A stretch of DNA of 64,000 nt from a virus. The notes beneath the pieces are model-generated. The model did no database searches. It saw only the letters and a program-made list of their open reading frames with translations, and was not told the DNA's origin. Location: positions 12,731-76,730 of IMG/VR virus record IMGVR_UViG_3300007734_000753. The stretch is one strand, 5' to 3'. The position numbers were made by a program, and so were the translations under genes. Position 1 is the first letter of the stretch. Every line of letters begins with the position of its first letter. Positions 54,745 to 63,575 of the stretch are shown piece after piece.

Positions 54745-57069
54745 ATGAAAATTCAGATTCGCAAAACACTTTCAGAAGATATGAAAGCTCCTTATTATAA
54801 GAGAGTAAAAGGTATCCACGAAAAGAATAAAAAAATTCTGATTGGTTTTGGTGTCGGAGCCGATGAAAACAGAGGACCGTTCAAGACCGACCGTTCGATG
54901 GGCAAGAAGGGTAAATCTGCACCTCCCGGCGCTGCTGGTGGTGGTTCTTTAGAAGAAGTGCTGGTAGAAGGCGGTGTTGCTGGGCATATGAATCACTTAT
55001 ATGATAATCCAGACATTACATTTAGCCAAATAAAAGATATATTCAATAAAGCTTCTGCTGGCGAACTGGAAGGTACAGAAAAAACCGATGGGCAAAATTT
55101 GCAAATCTCTTTTTCAGTACCAGAACAAAGAGCTAAAGCCGCTAGAAATAAAGGCAACATCAAGGCTGGTGGTCTAACTTCCGACGAACTAAAAACCAAA
55201 TTTGCTGGTCGTGGTCCACTGGAAGAAACATTTGCTGATGCTCTTCAATCTTTTGAGGAACTTGTAAAAACTTTACCCCAAGAACAACAAGTAAGTATTT
55301 TTGGTCCTAATACTGAAATATATTATAATGCCGAAGTTCAAGATCCTAGAACAGCTAATGTAATTTATTATGATTCGCCAAACTTGGTTATTCACCAAGC
55401 TGGACATGCTAAATACAATAGAGAAACGGGAGACAAAGAAGAAGTTGACGTTTCACAAAATGCAGCAATGCTCAACGATCTGTTGCAAAAACAACAGAGT
55501 TCACAACAAAGTAAATTCAAGGTTCAATCTAACGCTATAAGAAAATTACAAGCTATATCAGATAAAAGTATCGTAAAGAACTACATCACAAGACTAGACC
55601 AAGAAATAAGCAAGTATGGCATCTCGGATAATCAAAAACTAAAAGATTATGAAAAAGCCAGACTTCGACAAATCATAAAGCAAGAATTCAACATTGAGCT
55701 AAATGATGAACAATTTGAGATGATTTCAACCAAGATGTTTGGCGAAACATCAGAAAACATAAATCAAGTTGTAAAGAGATTTCCACCTGAAATTGCTGCA
55801 ACAGTAAAAACTATTATTGCCTCCAAAGATTTATTAGGTAAAGCCGTAAGACCAATTGAGGTAATTATTCATGATTTTGCTGTGGAAATTCTAAAGGGTC
55901 TTGAGAGCGCATTTGTTCTAGATAATAAGAAAGAAGTAAAGAGACTAAAAGACGAAGTTGCAGATGCTATAAATCAAATACAACAATCTGGGCAAGAAGA
56001 AGCTATAACTATTCTAAACAAACAATTGGAAAAACTCAAGACGGCTGACAATGTTTATACAGCAGCTGAAGGATTTGTCTTCCAGTATGATGATGTTGTG
56101 TATAAATTTACTGGTAATTTTGCTCCAATAAATCAAATCTTGGGATTGTTCAAGTATGGCAGAGGCTCTGTGCCAGCTATCAAAAAACAAATCAGTGAAT
56201 CAACTGAAGCACAAAATGTAATTGTTGTATTCCCCGGTTCCTTCAAGCCTCCGCACAAAGGACATATAGGACTTGTTGACGAAGTATCACACATGTCTGG
56301 TATCAGTAAAGTTGTTGTCCTTATATCTGATCCTGTGCAAGAAACCAGTATAAGAACAAAAGACTTTGGCGCTAAAGAAGTCAAACTAATTTTCGATCTT
56401 TACAGCGAAGTGTATGACTTTGGCTGTAGTGTTGATTTTGATGTTGCTAATGCGCCTTCCCCATTGACTGCAGCTTATAAGTATTTGGAAACAGAAAACT
56501 TTCAGCCGGGAACCAAAGTTTTATTTGCAACATCAAAAGCAGATGCTGGAAGGTATCCGCAAATCAAATTAGATAAATCTGCTTCCAAAAATCCTTCTGG
56601 ACCAACCGCTGGCTCTATAGAATTACCAGAGATGATCGATCCAGATACAGGAAAGAAATTTAGTGCAACAAACATGCGTGAAATTCTTGCAGATCCAAAT
56701 GCAGATAAACAACTGCTGAAGAGATATATGCCAAATGAACTTCCCGATGAAGATAAGGAAATGGTGATTGATATGCTTACAAAAGGCTCTAAAAAGCAAG
56801 AGATGGAAACTATGATAACAGAAATCTTAGCAGAAATGTTAGGACTTTCTGAGAAGAAAGATATGATTTGTGATGGTACCATGTGTAATGAAGTTCACGA
56901 TGGTATGAGTCATGAAGAATATGAATCATATTCAATGCAAGAAGAAGAAGGCAAAGATGATCGCTGCACTCGCATTGCAAAAAGAAAATATGATGCTTGG
57001 CCAAGCGCTTATGCTTCTGGCGCAGTTGTAAGATGCCGCAGAGGCGAAATTTGGAAAGGCGAAAAGTAA
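54745..57069 (+). CDS. Multidomain protein: ligase-like nucleotidyltransferase, HxGH cytidylyltransferase-like domain, basic modules
   Basis: TEKTDG, NAEV, AEGFVF and YKFTG; FPGSFKPPHKGH and SATNMR; C-terminal WPSAYASGAVVRCR. Confidence 0.7.
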   Translation: MKIQIRKTLSEDMKAPYYKRVKGIHEKNKKILIGFGVGADENRGPFKTDRSMGKKGKSAPPGAAGGGSLEEVLVEGGVAGHMNHLYDNPDITFSQIKDIFNKASAGELEGTEKTDGQNLQISFSVPEQRAKAARNKGNIKAGGLTSDELKTKFAGRGPLEETFADALQSFEELVKTLPQEQQVSIFGPNTEIYYNAEVQDPRTANVIYYDSPNLVIHQAGHAKYNRETGDKEEVDVSQNAAMLNDLLQKQQSSQQSKFKVQSNAIRKLQAISDKSIVKNYITRLDQEISKYGISDNQKLKDYEKARLRQIIKQEFNIELNDEQFEMISTKMFGETSENINQVVKRFPPEIAATVKTIIASKDLLGKAVRPIEVIIHDFAVEILKGLESAFVLDNKKEVKRLKDEVADAINQIQQSGQEEAITILNKQLEKLKTADNVYTAAEGFVFQYDDVVYKFTGNFAPINQILGLFKYGRGSVPAIKKQISESTEAQNVIVVFPGSFKPPHKGHIGLVDEVSHMSGISKVVVLISDPVQETSIRTKDFGAKEVKLIFDLYSEVYDFGCSVDFDVANAPSPLTAAYKYLETENFQPGTKVLFATSKADAGRYPQIKLDKSASKNPSGPTAGSIELPEMIDPDTGKKFSATNMREILADPNADKQLLKRYMPNELPDEDKEMVIDMLTKGSKKQEMETMITEILAEMLGLSEKKDMICDGTMCNEVHDGMSHEEYESYSMQEEEGKDDRCTRIAKRKYDAWPSAYASGAVVRCRRGEIWKGEK

Positions 57070-57070
57070 A

Positions 57071-57919
57071 ATGAAAATTCCTCTGAACCAACTTCAGCAG
57101 ATTATCAAAGAAGAGCTTACAAAAGCCATTGAAGAAGAGTGGTCTGAAAAATATAAAAGATCAATTGACTGCAAAAATCCAAAAGGCTTTTCTCAAAGAG
57201 CACATTGCCAAGGCAGAAAGAAAAATGAAGCTAGTGATCCAAAAGTAGGAACAGGTAAAAAACCAGAGGGTTCTGGTCGCCGCTTATACACAGATGAAAA
57301 TCCAAAAGATACTGTGAGTGTTAAATTTTCAACTGTTCAAGATATAAAAGACACTCTCTCAAAAGAATCTTTCAAGTCAAAACCACATGCTCGTCAATCA
57401 CAGATAATCAATCTAATTCACCAGAGAGTTCGCGCTGCCTATGAAAACGCAAAAGATCCAGAAGTGAAAGCTAGACTAAAGAAAGCATATGAATATGCAG
57501 AGCAAAGAAAAGAAGCCTCAAAAGAAAAAACTGCCAGTTTGCAAAAGGAAGAACAAGACGTTCAACTAAATGAAAAATGCTGGGAAGGTTATACACAGAA
57601 AGGCATGAAAACAATGTTTGGCAAGAAATACCCAAACTGCGTAAAAAAGACAAATGAAGAAGTTGAATTAGATGAGCGCAAACTTGGCAAGCCTTCTAGT
57701 GAAACTTCTTTGAGAGATTGGTTCAAGCGCAAAGGTGCCCCCGGTAAAGGCGGCGGTTGGGTTGATTGTAATACTTGTCGTGATGGTAAATGCAAGCCAT
57801 GTGGCAGACAAGAAGGCGAAAAGAGAAGCAAGTATCCAAGATGCCGTCCAACTCCTGCCCAATGTAAGGGCTACAAGAGAAGAGGCGATAATCTACAAAA
57901 GGAAGCGGAAGAACAATGA
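57071..57919 (+). CDS. Modular basic/Cys-containing internal head polyprotein
   Basis: LQQIIKEEL, then modules IDCKNPKGFSQRAHC, GSGRRLYTDENP, CWEGY..KKYPNCV and LRDWF..WVDC..KPCGR..YPRCRP. Confidence 0.65.
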   Translation: MKIPLNQLQQIIKEELTKAIEEEWSEKYKRSIDCKNPKGFSQRAHCQGRKKNEASDPKVGTGKKPEGSGRRLYTDENPKDTVSVKFSTVQDIKDTLSKESFKSKPHARQSQIINLIHQRVRAAYENAKDPEVKARLKKAYEYAEQRKEASKEKTASLQKEEQDVQLNEKCWEGYTQKGMKTMFGKKYPNCVKKTNEEVELDERKLGKPSSETSLRDWFKRKGAPGKGGGWVDCNTCRDGKCKPCGRQEGEKRSKYPRCRPTPAQCKGYKRRGDNLQKEAEEQ

Positions 57920-58452
57920 AAATAAGACTGCTTCTGGAGTCAAAGAAGAAATACGTTCAAGTTCCTCTGCCTGTAAAAAAGACGGAACTTGAACCTGTTA
58001 TGTCTGCTGACACAATTGATTATCATTATGGCTCTCTTTATAAAGGCTACGTTGATAAAGCCAATAAAGGTATTGGTGGTGAATTCCAAAAAGCAGGAGC
58101 TTTTCTTCATAACATTTGGTTCTCACAATTTACAAAGCCTTCCTCAAAAAAACCAGACGGTTTATTCCTTGAGCTTGTAAATCGCAAATACGGTTCTTAT
58201 GCCTCTTTCCAAAAAGAAATGAAAGAAGTTGCCATGAAGATTCAAGGCTCTGGTTGGGTCTATATGGATAAAAACGGCAACATAAAAACTATTGTAAATC
58301 ACGAAATCAAACCAGACATTATCCTATTGATTGATTGGTGGGAACACGCTTGGGCTTTGGATTATCAAGCAGATAAAGAAGAATACCTAGACAACATTTA
58401 CAAAGTTATTGACTGGAATGTTATAAACGCTCGTTTATCGACGGAGCAATAA
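57916..58452 (+). CDS. sod: Fe/Mn superoxide dismutase
   Basis: LEPVMS..TIDYHY, FLHNIWF, QGSGW and DWWEHAW motifs. Confidence 0.88.
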   Translation: MKIRLLLESKKKYVQVPLPVKKTELEPVMSADTIDYHYGSLYKGYVDKANKGIGGEFQKAGAFLHNIWFSQFTKPSSKKPDGLFLELVNRKYGSYASFQKEMKEVAMKIQGSGWVYMDKNGNIKTIVNHEIKPDIILLIDWWEHAWALDYQADKEEYLDNIYKVIDWNVINARLSTEQ

Positions 58453-59084
58453 TGGCTTATCTCAATCACAATATACCAACAATAACTTGCTACATTAGAA
58501 ATGAGTATTTATTCAATCACGAAAAAGGACATGGCGAGTATTCGCTATGTGATGTTCACTCTGTTGCTTCAATGGAAAAGAGAGTTCCTTTATTTGAGGC
58601 GTTCCTTGAAAATGGTGTGAACTGGACAAGACGACCTATCCACGCTTTCTGCTGGAAGAAAGAAGCTCCTATTAGAAAACTAGAAGAACATATTTATTGG
58701 GACTGTTTCAGCCCATATGTCGATGTTCAAGTTAGAAACAGATTGGCTGGATTGAAAGCACAGCTTATTGATTATAAAGGTAATAAACACCTTGGTCAAT
58801 ATATGTTTACTCTTGATTGGTCTTGGGAAAACAAATCTGGCAATATGGACACAAATTTTAGTGAAACTCCGGAACATAAATGCGGGCACCTATTCAAGAT
58901 GGATGAAGGTAACTTCTTTATTTATCCTAACAACAGAATCATTTGGTACGATGATGCTTGGACAAAGGATAGAATCAAAGGTAATCCCGGTTATAGAATT
59001 GATATGACAGTTTATTCTGTTGAAAATAAAAGATTATATGAAACAGATGACCAATACTTTACGGAGTTTTCTAAAGCAAAGTAA
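58452..59084 (+). CDS. Hypothetical protein
   Basis: TAATG-coupled to SOD; WDCFS, EHKCGH and YPNNR. Confidence 0.7.
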   Translation: MAYLNHNIPTITCYIRNEYLFNHEKGHGEYSLCDVHSVASMEKRVPLFEAFLENGVNWTRRPIHAFCWKKEAPIRKLEEHIYWDCFSPYVDVQVRNRLAGLKAQLIDYKGNKHLGQYMFTLDWSWENKSGNMDTNFSETPEHKCGHLFKMDEGNFFIYPNNRIIWYDDAWTKDRIKGNPGYRIDMTVYSVENKRLYETDDQYFTEFSKAK

Positions 59085-59091
59085 CTATTTA
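59084..59091 (+). promoter_or_regulatory. Late promoter ACTATTTA
   Basis: Overlaps the previous stop codon; upstream of 59108. Confidence 0.7.
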
Positions 59092-59107
59092 TAGGCTGGA
59101 GCACATA

Positions 59108-60670
59108 ATGAATTTTAGACTCATAAGACAGCTTGCTAGAAAGATTCTTCTAGAAGAACGCCCAGCCATATCTCTTGGACCTTGGAGTGAAGAAGATAGC
59201 GGATTTTGTAGATATAATGCAAAAATTAATGAATATGCCGCAGACTCTCCAGAAAATCTTGCCGAAGTTCTAATCTTCTGTGTTGCCTCTCAACTTGTTG
59301 ATTGGCCAAACATTTATACAAGATTTCCATATCTCATAAATTGGATATATGCCCATGATGGTATGTATCCAAAAGATGCTAAAATGGTTGGTAAAAAAAT
59401 GGAAGGTGGATTTCCAAAAACTTTCGAGGCAATCGCTCTTGGCGAAAAAGCTAAATCCATAAATTTTCTTTGGAAAGATAGAGATAACGTATTCAGAACA
59501 CTCTCTCCGATTATAAGAAGATATAAGAACATGAAAGAGGGAGAAGCAAAAGAGCAAGCAGCTTTTGAGCTTTATCTGAAAATACTTGATGTTAGACACT
59601 TGAAACTTGCAAAAGCTGGTTTTGCTGTACAATTGTTGATAGGTAGATATGGTTGCATAGACTCAATAAATACTAAGTTATTAAAAGTGCCAATGCCAGC
59701 AACTCTTGTTACAACTGACAAAGAAGGCAAACCTTCCTTCAGAGATTATACGAAAAAATATGTAAATGATACTGCATTTGGAGTTTCCGCAGAGGAATCC
59801 AAAGAAAGACTAGCCAGATTATATGCTGATTATTTATTGGAAATTGGTGATTTAGCAAAAGATAACGAATCAAAAGTTTTATGGGACAAATGGTGTGACA
59901 TTGTTGCTGCTAAAATAAACTTTGCTGGTAAAGAATTTGATGTTACTGATCCACAAGGTATATATAAAGATGCGACTGTCAAAAGTGATTATGCTGTAAA
60001 CATCAAACCAACTACGCCACCAGCAAGTTATCAATATGGTCCCGGTAAAAAAGAAATTGCTGGTCCAGAAGTGAGCAGACAACATGCCGGTCTATATAGA
60101 GGTATGAGAGACATAACGGAGAACAACATGAACAATAAACTAAAATCTATAATTCTTGAACAATTACTAGAAATGCTAAACGAAAAGACATTTGCCGGAA
60201 AGAAAGAGTTAGATAACGATGGCGATGGTGTTCCAAAATGGGCTGACAAGGACGATGCTAATCCAAAAGTTGGATCAAAGTCAAGTAAGAAAAAAGAACT
60301 CGATGAAATGTCCTCAATGAGCGCTGGTTCTGTTGAAGGTTATGCAGCCCCACTAGATGAAGAAGATGATACAATTGTTGAGTATTTGACCGAAGAAGAA
60401 GCCAAGAAAAAACAGCCAAGACTCGGAAAGGTGACTCGTAATCCGGCAGGATCAAATAAGAAATTTCACGTTTATGTGAAGTGCAACGGAAGAGTAAAGA
60501 AAATTTCTTTCGGTGATCCCGGTTTATCAATCAAGAGAGACTCCGCTGCTCGTAGAAAGAATTTCAGAGCAAGACACAAATGCGATAAACCAGAGGGTAA
60601 AAATCGCTGCACAGCCCGCTATTGGTCTTGTTATCAATGGAGAGCAGGCAAGAAAGTAGAAGGCGAGTAA
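59108..60670 (+). CDS. Internal polyprotein: HhH-glycosylase-like domain and basic C-terminal module
   Basis: LKLAKAGFAVQL..G..GCIDS.N; LKSIILEQLLEMLNE; KKFHVYV..VKKISFGDP..RRKNFRARHKC..ARYWSC. Confidence 0.55.
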   Translation: MNFRLIRQLARKILLEERPAISLGPWSEEDSGFCRYNAKINEYAADSPENLAEVLIFCVASQLVDWPNIYTRFPYLINWIYAHDGMYPKDAKMVGKKMEGGFPKTFEAIALGEKAKSINFLWKDRDNVFRTLSPIIRRYKNMKEGEAKEQAAFELYLKILDVRHLKLAKAGFAVQLLIGRYGCIDSINTKLLKVPMPATLVTTDKEGKPSFRDYTKKYVNDTAFGVSAEESKERLARLYADYLLEIGDLAKDNESKVLWDKWCDIVAAKINFAGKEFDVTDPQGIYKDATVKSDYAVNIKPTTPPASYQYGPGKKEIAGPEVSRQHAGLYRGMRDITENNMNNKLKSIILEQLLEMLNEKTFAGKKELDNDGDGVPKWADKDDANPKVGSKSSKKKELDEMSSMSAGSVEGYAAPLDEEDDTIVEYLTEEEAKKKQPRLGKVTRNPAGSNKKFHVYVKCNGRVKKISFGDPGLSIKRDSAARRKNFRARHKCDKPEGKNRCTARYWSCYQWRAGKKVEGE

Positions 60671-60675
60671 AACAC

Positions 60676-60704
60676 TTGACTGGCATCTAAAGAGCTGTTA
60701 GACT
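60676..60704 (+). promoter_or_regulatory. sigma70 promoter giving a probable leaderless mRNA
   Basis: TTGACT, N17, TAGACT with extended TG; ATG 6 nt after the -10; no SD. Confidence 0.65.
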
Positions 60705-60710
60705 GGTGCC

Positions 60711-61475
60711 ATGAAAACTCTTCTACGCTATCCCGGTGGTAAAGCCAAGGCTGTAAAAGCCCTATTACCATATATCCCTAAAGATACTAAAAAAGTTATA
60801 TCACCTTTCTTTGGCGGTGGTTCGCTTGAATTTGCTTTATCAGAGCAAGGCATTGAGGTTGAAGGCTTTGATATATTCAAGCCTGTTGTCAATTTCTGGA
60901 AGGTTGTTCGATATAATCCAAATGAATTGGCTGACAAGATTCAGGAGTATTTGCCAGTTACCAAGGAAAAGTTCCTTTATTTGCAACAGAATCTGCGTGA
61001 AAAAAACGATAAATTATTCAAGGTTGACATTGAGGCTGCAGCAATTTTCTTTATTCTAAACCGCTGTTCCTTCTCTGGAACAACACTATCTGGCGGATTT
61101 AGCAAAGAGGCATCCACTGGTAGGTTGACTCAAACATCAATTGATAAGATTCGTAGCTTTGATAGTAAAATTGATGTATTTGCCATACCATTTGAGGAAA
61201 CTATTCCGAAGGCAGATGGTCTATTATTTTGTGATCCTCCCTACTATCTTGGAAATAAATCAAATCTTTATGGTGATAATGGAGATACACATAAAAACTT
61301 CAATCATGAGCTTTTGGCAGAACTATTGAAAAAGAAAGATAACTGGATTCTGTGTTATAATAACGATCCATATATTCGTAACTTATATAAGGACTACGAG
61401 TGGCGTTATCCAAATTGGAAATATGGCATGTCATCTGAAAAAAATTCTAAAGAGATTCTTATTGTGTGCCCATGA
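60711..61475 (+). CDS. N6-adenine DNA methyltransferase (D12/Dam family)
   Basis: LRYPGGK, SPFFGGGS, LNRCSFSG and CDPPY motifs. Confidence 0.9.
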   Translation: MKTLLRYPGGKAKAVKALLPYIPKDTKKVISPFFGGGSLEFALSEQGIEVEGFDIFKPVVNFWKVVRYNPNELADKIQEYLPVTKEKFLYLQQNLREKNDKLFKVDIEAAAIFFILNRCSFSGTTLSGGFSKEASTGRLTQTSIDKIRSFDSKIDVFAIPFEETIPKADGLLFCDPPYYLGNKSNLYGDNGDTHKNFNHELLAELLKKKDNWILCYNNDPYIRNLYKDYEWRYPNWKYGMSSEKNSKEILIVCP

Positions 61476-61483
61476 ACTATTTA
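61476..61483 (+). promoter_or_regulatory. Late promoter ACTATTTA
   Basis: Intergenic, before 61503. Confidence 0.7.
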
Positions 61484-61502
61484 TTCGACATAGGAGTGTC
61501 AC

Positions 61503-62222
61503 ATGAAAGAGATTTTTAGAAGCTGGAATAAATACTTGTTAACTGAGTCATCTTTATCAAGAGTGCTTGAGCATATTGAGGCTCATGATTGCGCTGTAAT
61601 AACTGCTTTTAGAAGCGATCCGGATGATACTTCTAAGTGTGCCGATGGCACTGATTCAGATTCTGAAAACGTTTCTGATGTTGGCTCCGAAGAAGAAGTA
61701 GAAGCCGTAGAGATGGAAAAGCCAAAAGTTGGTAAGAAAGAAACTTTAAGCAAAAACAAAGTTAGAAACCGCGACCTCAAAGCCACTCTTTTAGATAGAG
61801 GATATGGTGTCACCGCAGTTGTCGGATCTTATGTAGAGAATTTCATGGAAGAAAACTCTGTGGAAGTGAAAGAGGACAGTCTATTTGTTGTAAATCTAAA
61901 GGAAGATGGAGACTTCATTAATACCATCGAGTCTTTAGGTCGCAAGTACTGCCAAGATTCAGTGCTTATAATTCCTCAAGGCGGTAAAGACGCTTATCTG
62001 CTTGGTACAAACAACGCAGATTTCCCCGGCTTAGGCAACAAAGAAGTTGTTGGTAGTTTTCAGGCTGGGCGCGAAGATCAATTCATGACTCGCGTTGGTG
62101 ATCGCCCATTCACCATGAAAGAAAGAAAAGAATTCAAGCTTGAGACTCTAGCTAATCACACAAGAAACTCTCGCTGGGCAATCAAGACAATTGCAAAAAG
62201 AGTAAATAAAACTTTACGATAA
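61503..62222 (+). CDS. Hypothetical protein with putative capsid-targeting leader
   Basis: MKEIFRSWNKYLLTE|SSLSR; ITAFR, GSYVE, EDSLFV and KYCQDSVL. Confidence 0.65.
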   Translation: MKEIFRSWNKYLLTESSLSRVLEHIEAHDCAVITAFRSDPDDTSKCADGTDSDSENVSDVGSEEEVEAVEMEKPKVGKKETLSKNKVRNRDLKATLLDRGYGVTAVVGSYVENFMEENSVEVKEDSLFVVNLKEDGDFINTIESLGRKYCQDSVLIIPQGGKDAYLLGTNNADFPGLGNKEVVGSFQAGREDQFMTRVGDRPFTMKERKEFKLETLANHTRNSRWAIKTIAKRVNKTLR

Positions 62223-62226
62223 CAAT

Positions 62227-62406
62227 ATGGTAACAATAGAATTTATCGTCGATCAATACGGCGAAGTCTGGACTCTAAATGGCAATCGGCACAGAGAGGA
62301 TGGACCTGCTATGATTGATATAGATGGGTCGAAATACTGGTATCTTGAAGGTGTTCGTGTAGATGAAGAATATGCTAAAGACAACCCTATAAACTATTTA
62401 TTATAA
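62227..62406 (+). CDS. 59-aa HREDGPA-repeat protein (not in ORF track)
   Basis: W.LNG.RHREDGPA....G.K.WYL.G, a common phage repeat unit. Confidence 0.65.
   Translation: MVTIEFIVDQYGEVWTLNGNRHREDGPAMIDIDGSKYWYLEGVRVDEEYAKDNPINYLL
62393..62400 (+). promoter_or_regulatory. Late promoter ACTATTTA
   Basis: Upstream of the GGAGG RBS of 62429. Confidence 0.65.
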
Positions 62407-62428
62407 TCACTTATGGAGGGTCCAATGT

Positions 62429-62935
62429 ATGTTCAATTTATTAGCAGCAGTTGATTTATCGCACGCAGTTTCTAACACCGTTGCAAATGGTGATATTGAT
62501 ATTAATCAAATCGCACAGTTAAGCAATGGTAATCCAGTTGTAATGTTGGCTTTAGGAGCCGTTGGTATTTTGGGCGGCAAGAAAGTTTGGGATTGGTTAA
62601 AACAAAAACAAGAACAAAAGCATGAAGAAAAGATGGCTGAGATTAAACTAAGCTCAACCACAGGTCATGAACAATGTGTGGCAAAACAAGAAGAACTACA
62701 ATCACACGTTGTTGCCTTAAAAGCAAAAATAAACGAACTCGTTCACAAATCTGCTGAAGCTGAAAAGCAAATGCAATCTACTGTAAATAATGCAAATGAA
62801 AACTTTGTCGCAATCAATGAAGAAGTAAAGAAGCTCAAAAAGAAACTCAAAAAAGTTCAAGAAGAGATTGAAGAGCAAGAAGAAAAAGCAAAGAAAAGCA
62901 AGAAGAAGAAAGTAAAGGATGAAGACGATGAGTAA
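62429..62935 (+). CDS. Membrane-anchored coiled-coil protein
   Basis: Hydrophobic helix VVMLALGAVGILGG followed by a coiled coil. Confidence 0.65.
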   Translation: MFNLLAAVDLSHAVSNTVANGDIDINQIAQLSNGNPVVMLALGAVGILGGKKVWDWLKQKQEQKHEEKMAEIKLSSTTGHEQCVAKQEELQSHVVALKAKINELVHKSAEAEKQMQSTVNNANENFVAINEEVKKLKKKLKKVQEEIEEQEEKAKKSKKKKVKDEDDE

Positions 62936-63575
62936 GCCTCCGTTTTCATTTGAGTATGGTGAAGAAGAAAAGGAAGAAAAAAGACCCGAACCTTCTGTAA
63001 AGAAAAGGTCTATAAAGAAAGCTTTGCCAAAAAAAGAAACCGTAAAAGAAACTGTGCAAGAGGTTCCTGCACCAGTTGAGGAAACACCAGTTTCTGTTCC
63101 AGAAGTTGTATCTGTGACAGAGCAGCCTGTTGTTTCTATTCCAGAAAGTTCAACAGTTGTTGCTGTTGAGCCAAAACAAGTTGATGTGCCAGTTGTTGCA
63201 GACTCAAATGTAGCAGTTATTGCAACCGTTGCTGTCGTTGCAACTGCCGCTGTGGCAACTGGCGCGTCTGTATTAGTAAAAGGTGGTCACTTGAAGAAAC
63301 TAAAATCAAAATCTAATTCTAATAACTCCAAACAAGATCAACAAAGAAATAAGCAAGAAGAAAAGAAGAAAGAAGAGCAGACCAAATGTGATGCAAAATC
63401 AAAAGAAGTGCAAAGCTTGATCAACGAAACAAATGATATATTGCTTGATATGGAAAAAAACTTCTATAGCTTCCTTGGAATTGATCAAGATAAGGAACTC
63501 AACAAGAAGTTTGAGGAAACAAGAAAAGAACTCAAGAAGCTGAAAAAGACAATAAAAGATCTTGACAAAGATTAA
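62928..63575 (+). CDS. Membrane-anchored coiled-coil protein with Pro/Val-rich linker
   Basis: Central hydrophobic helix and C-terminal coiled coil. Confidence 0.6.
   Translation: MSKPPFSFEYGEEEKEEKRPEPSVKKRSIKKALPKKETVKETVQEVPAPVEETPVSVPEVVSVTEQPVVSIPESSTVVAVEPKQVDVPVVADSNVAVIATVAVVATAAVATGASVLVKGGHLKKLKSKSNSNNSKQDQQRNKQEEKKKEEQTKCDAKSKEVQSLINETNDILLDMEKNFYSFLGIDQDKELNKKFEETRKELKKLKKTIKDLDKD

Noticed and set aside
60711-61475. Naming the MTase dam (GATC) or part of an R-M system
   Set aside because: Specificity cannot be read from the motifs and no cognate endonuclease is adjacent.
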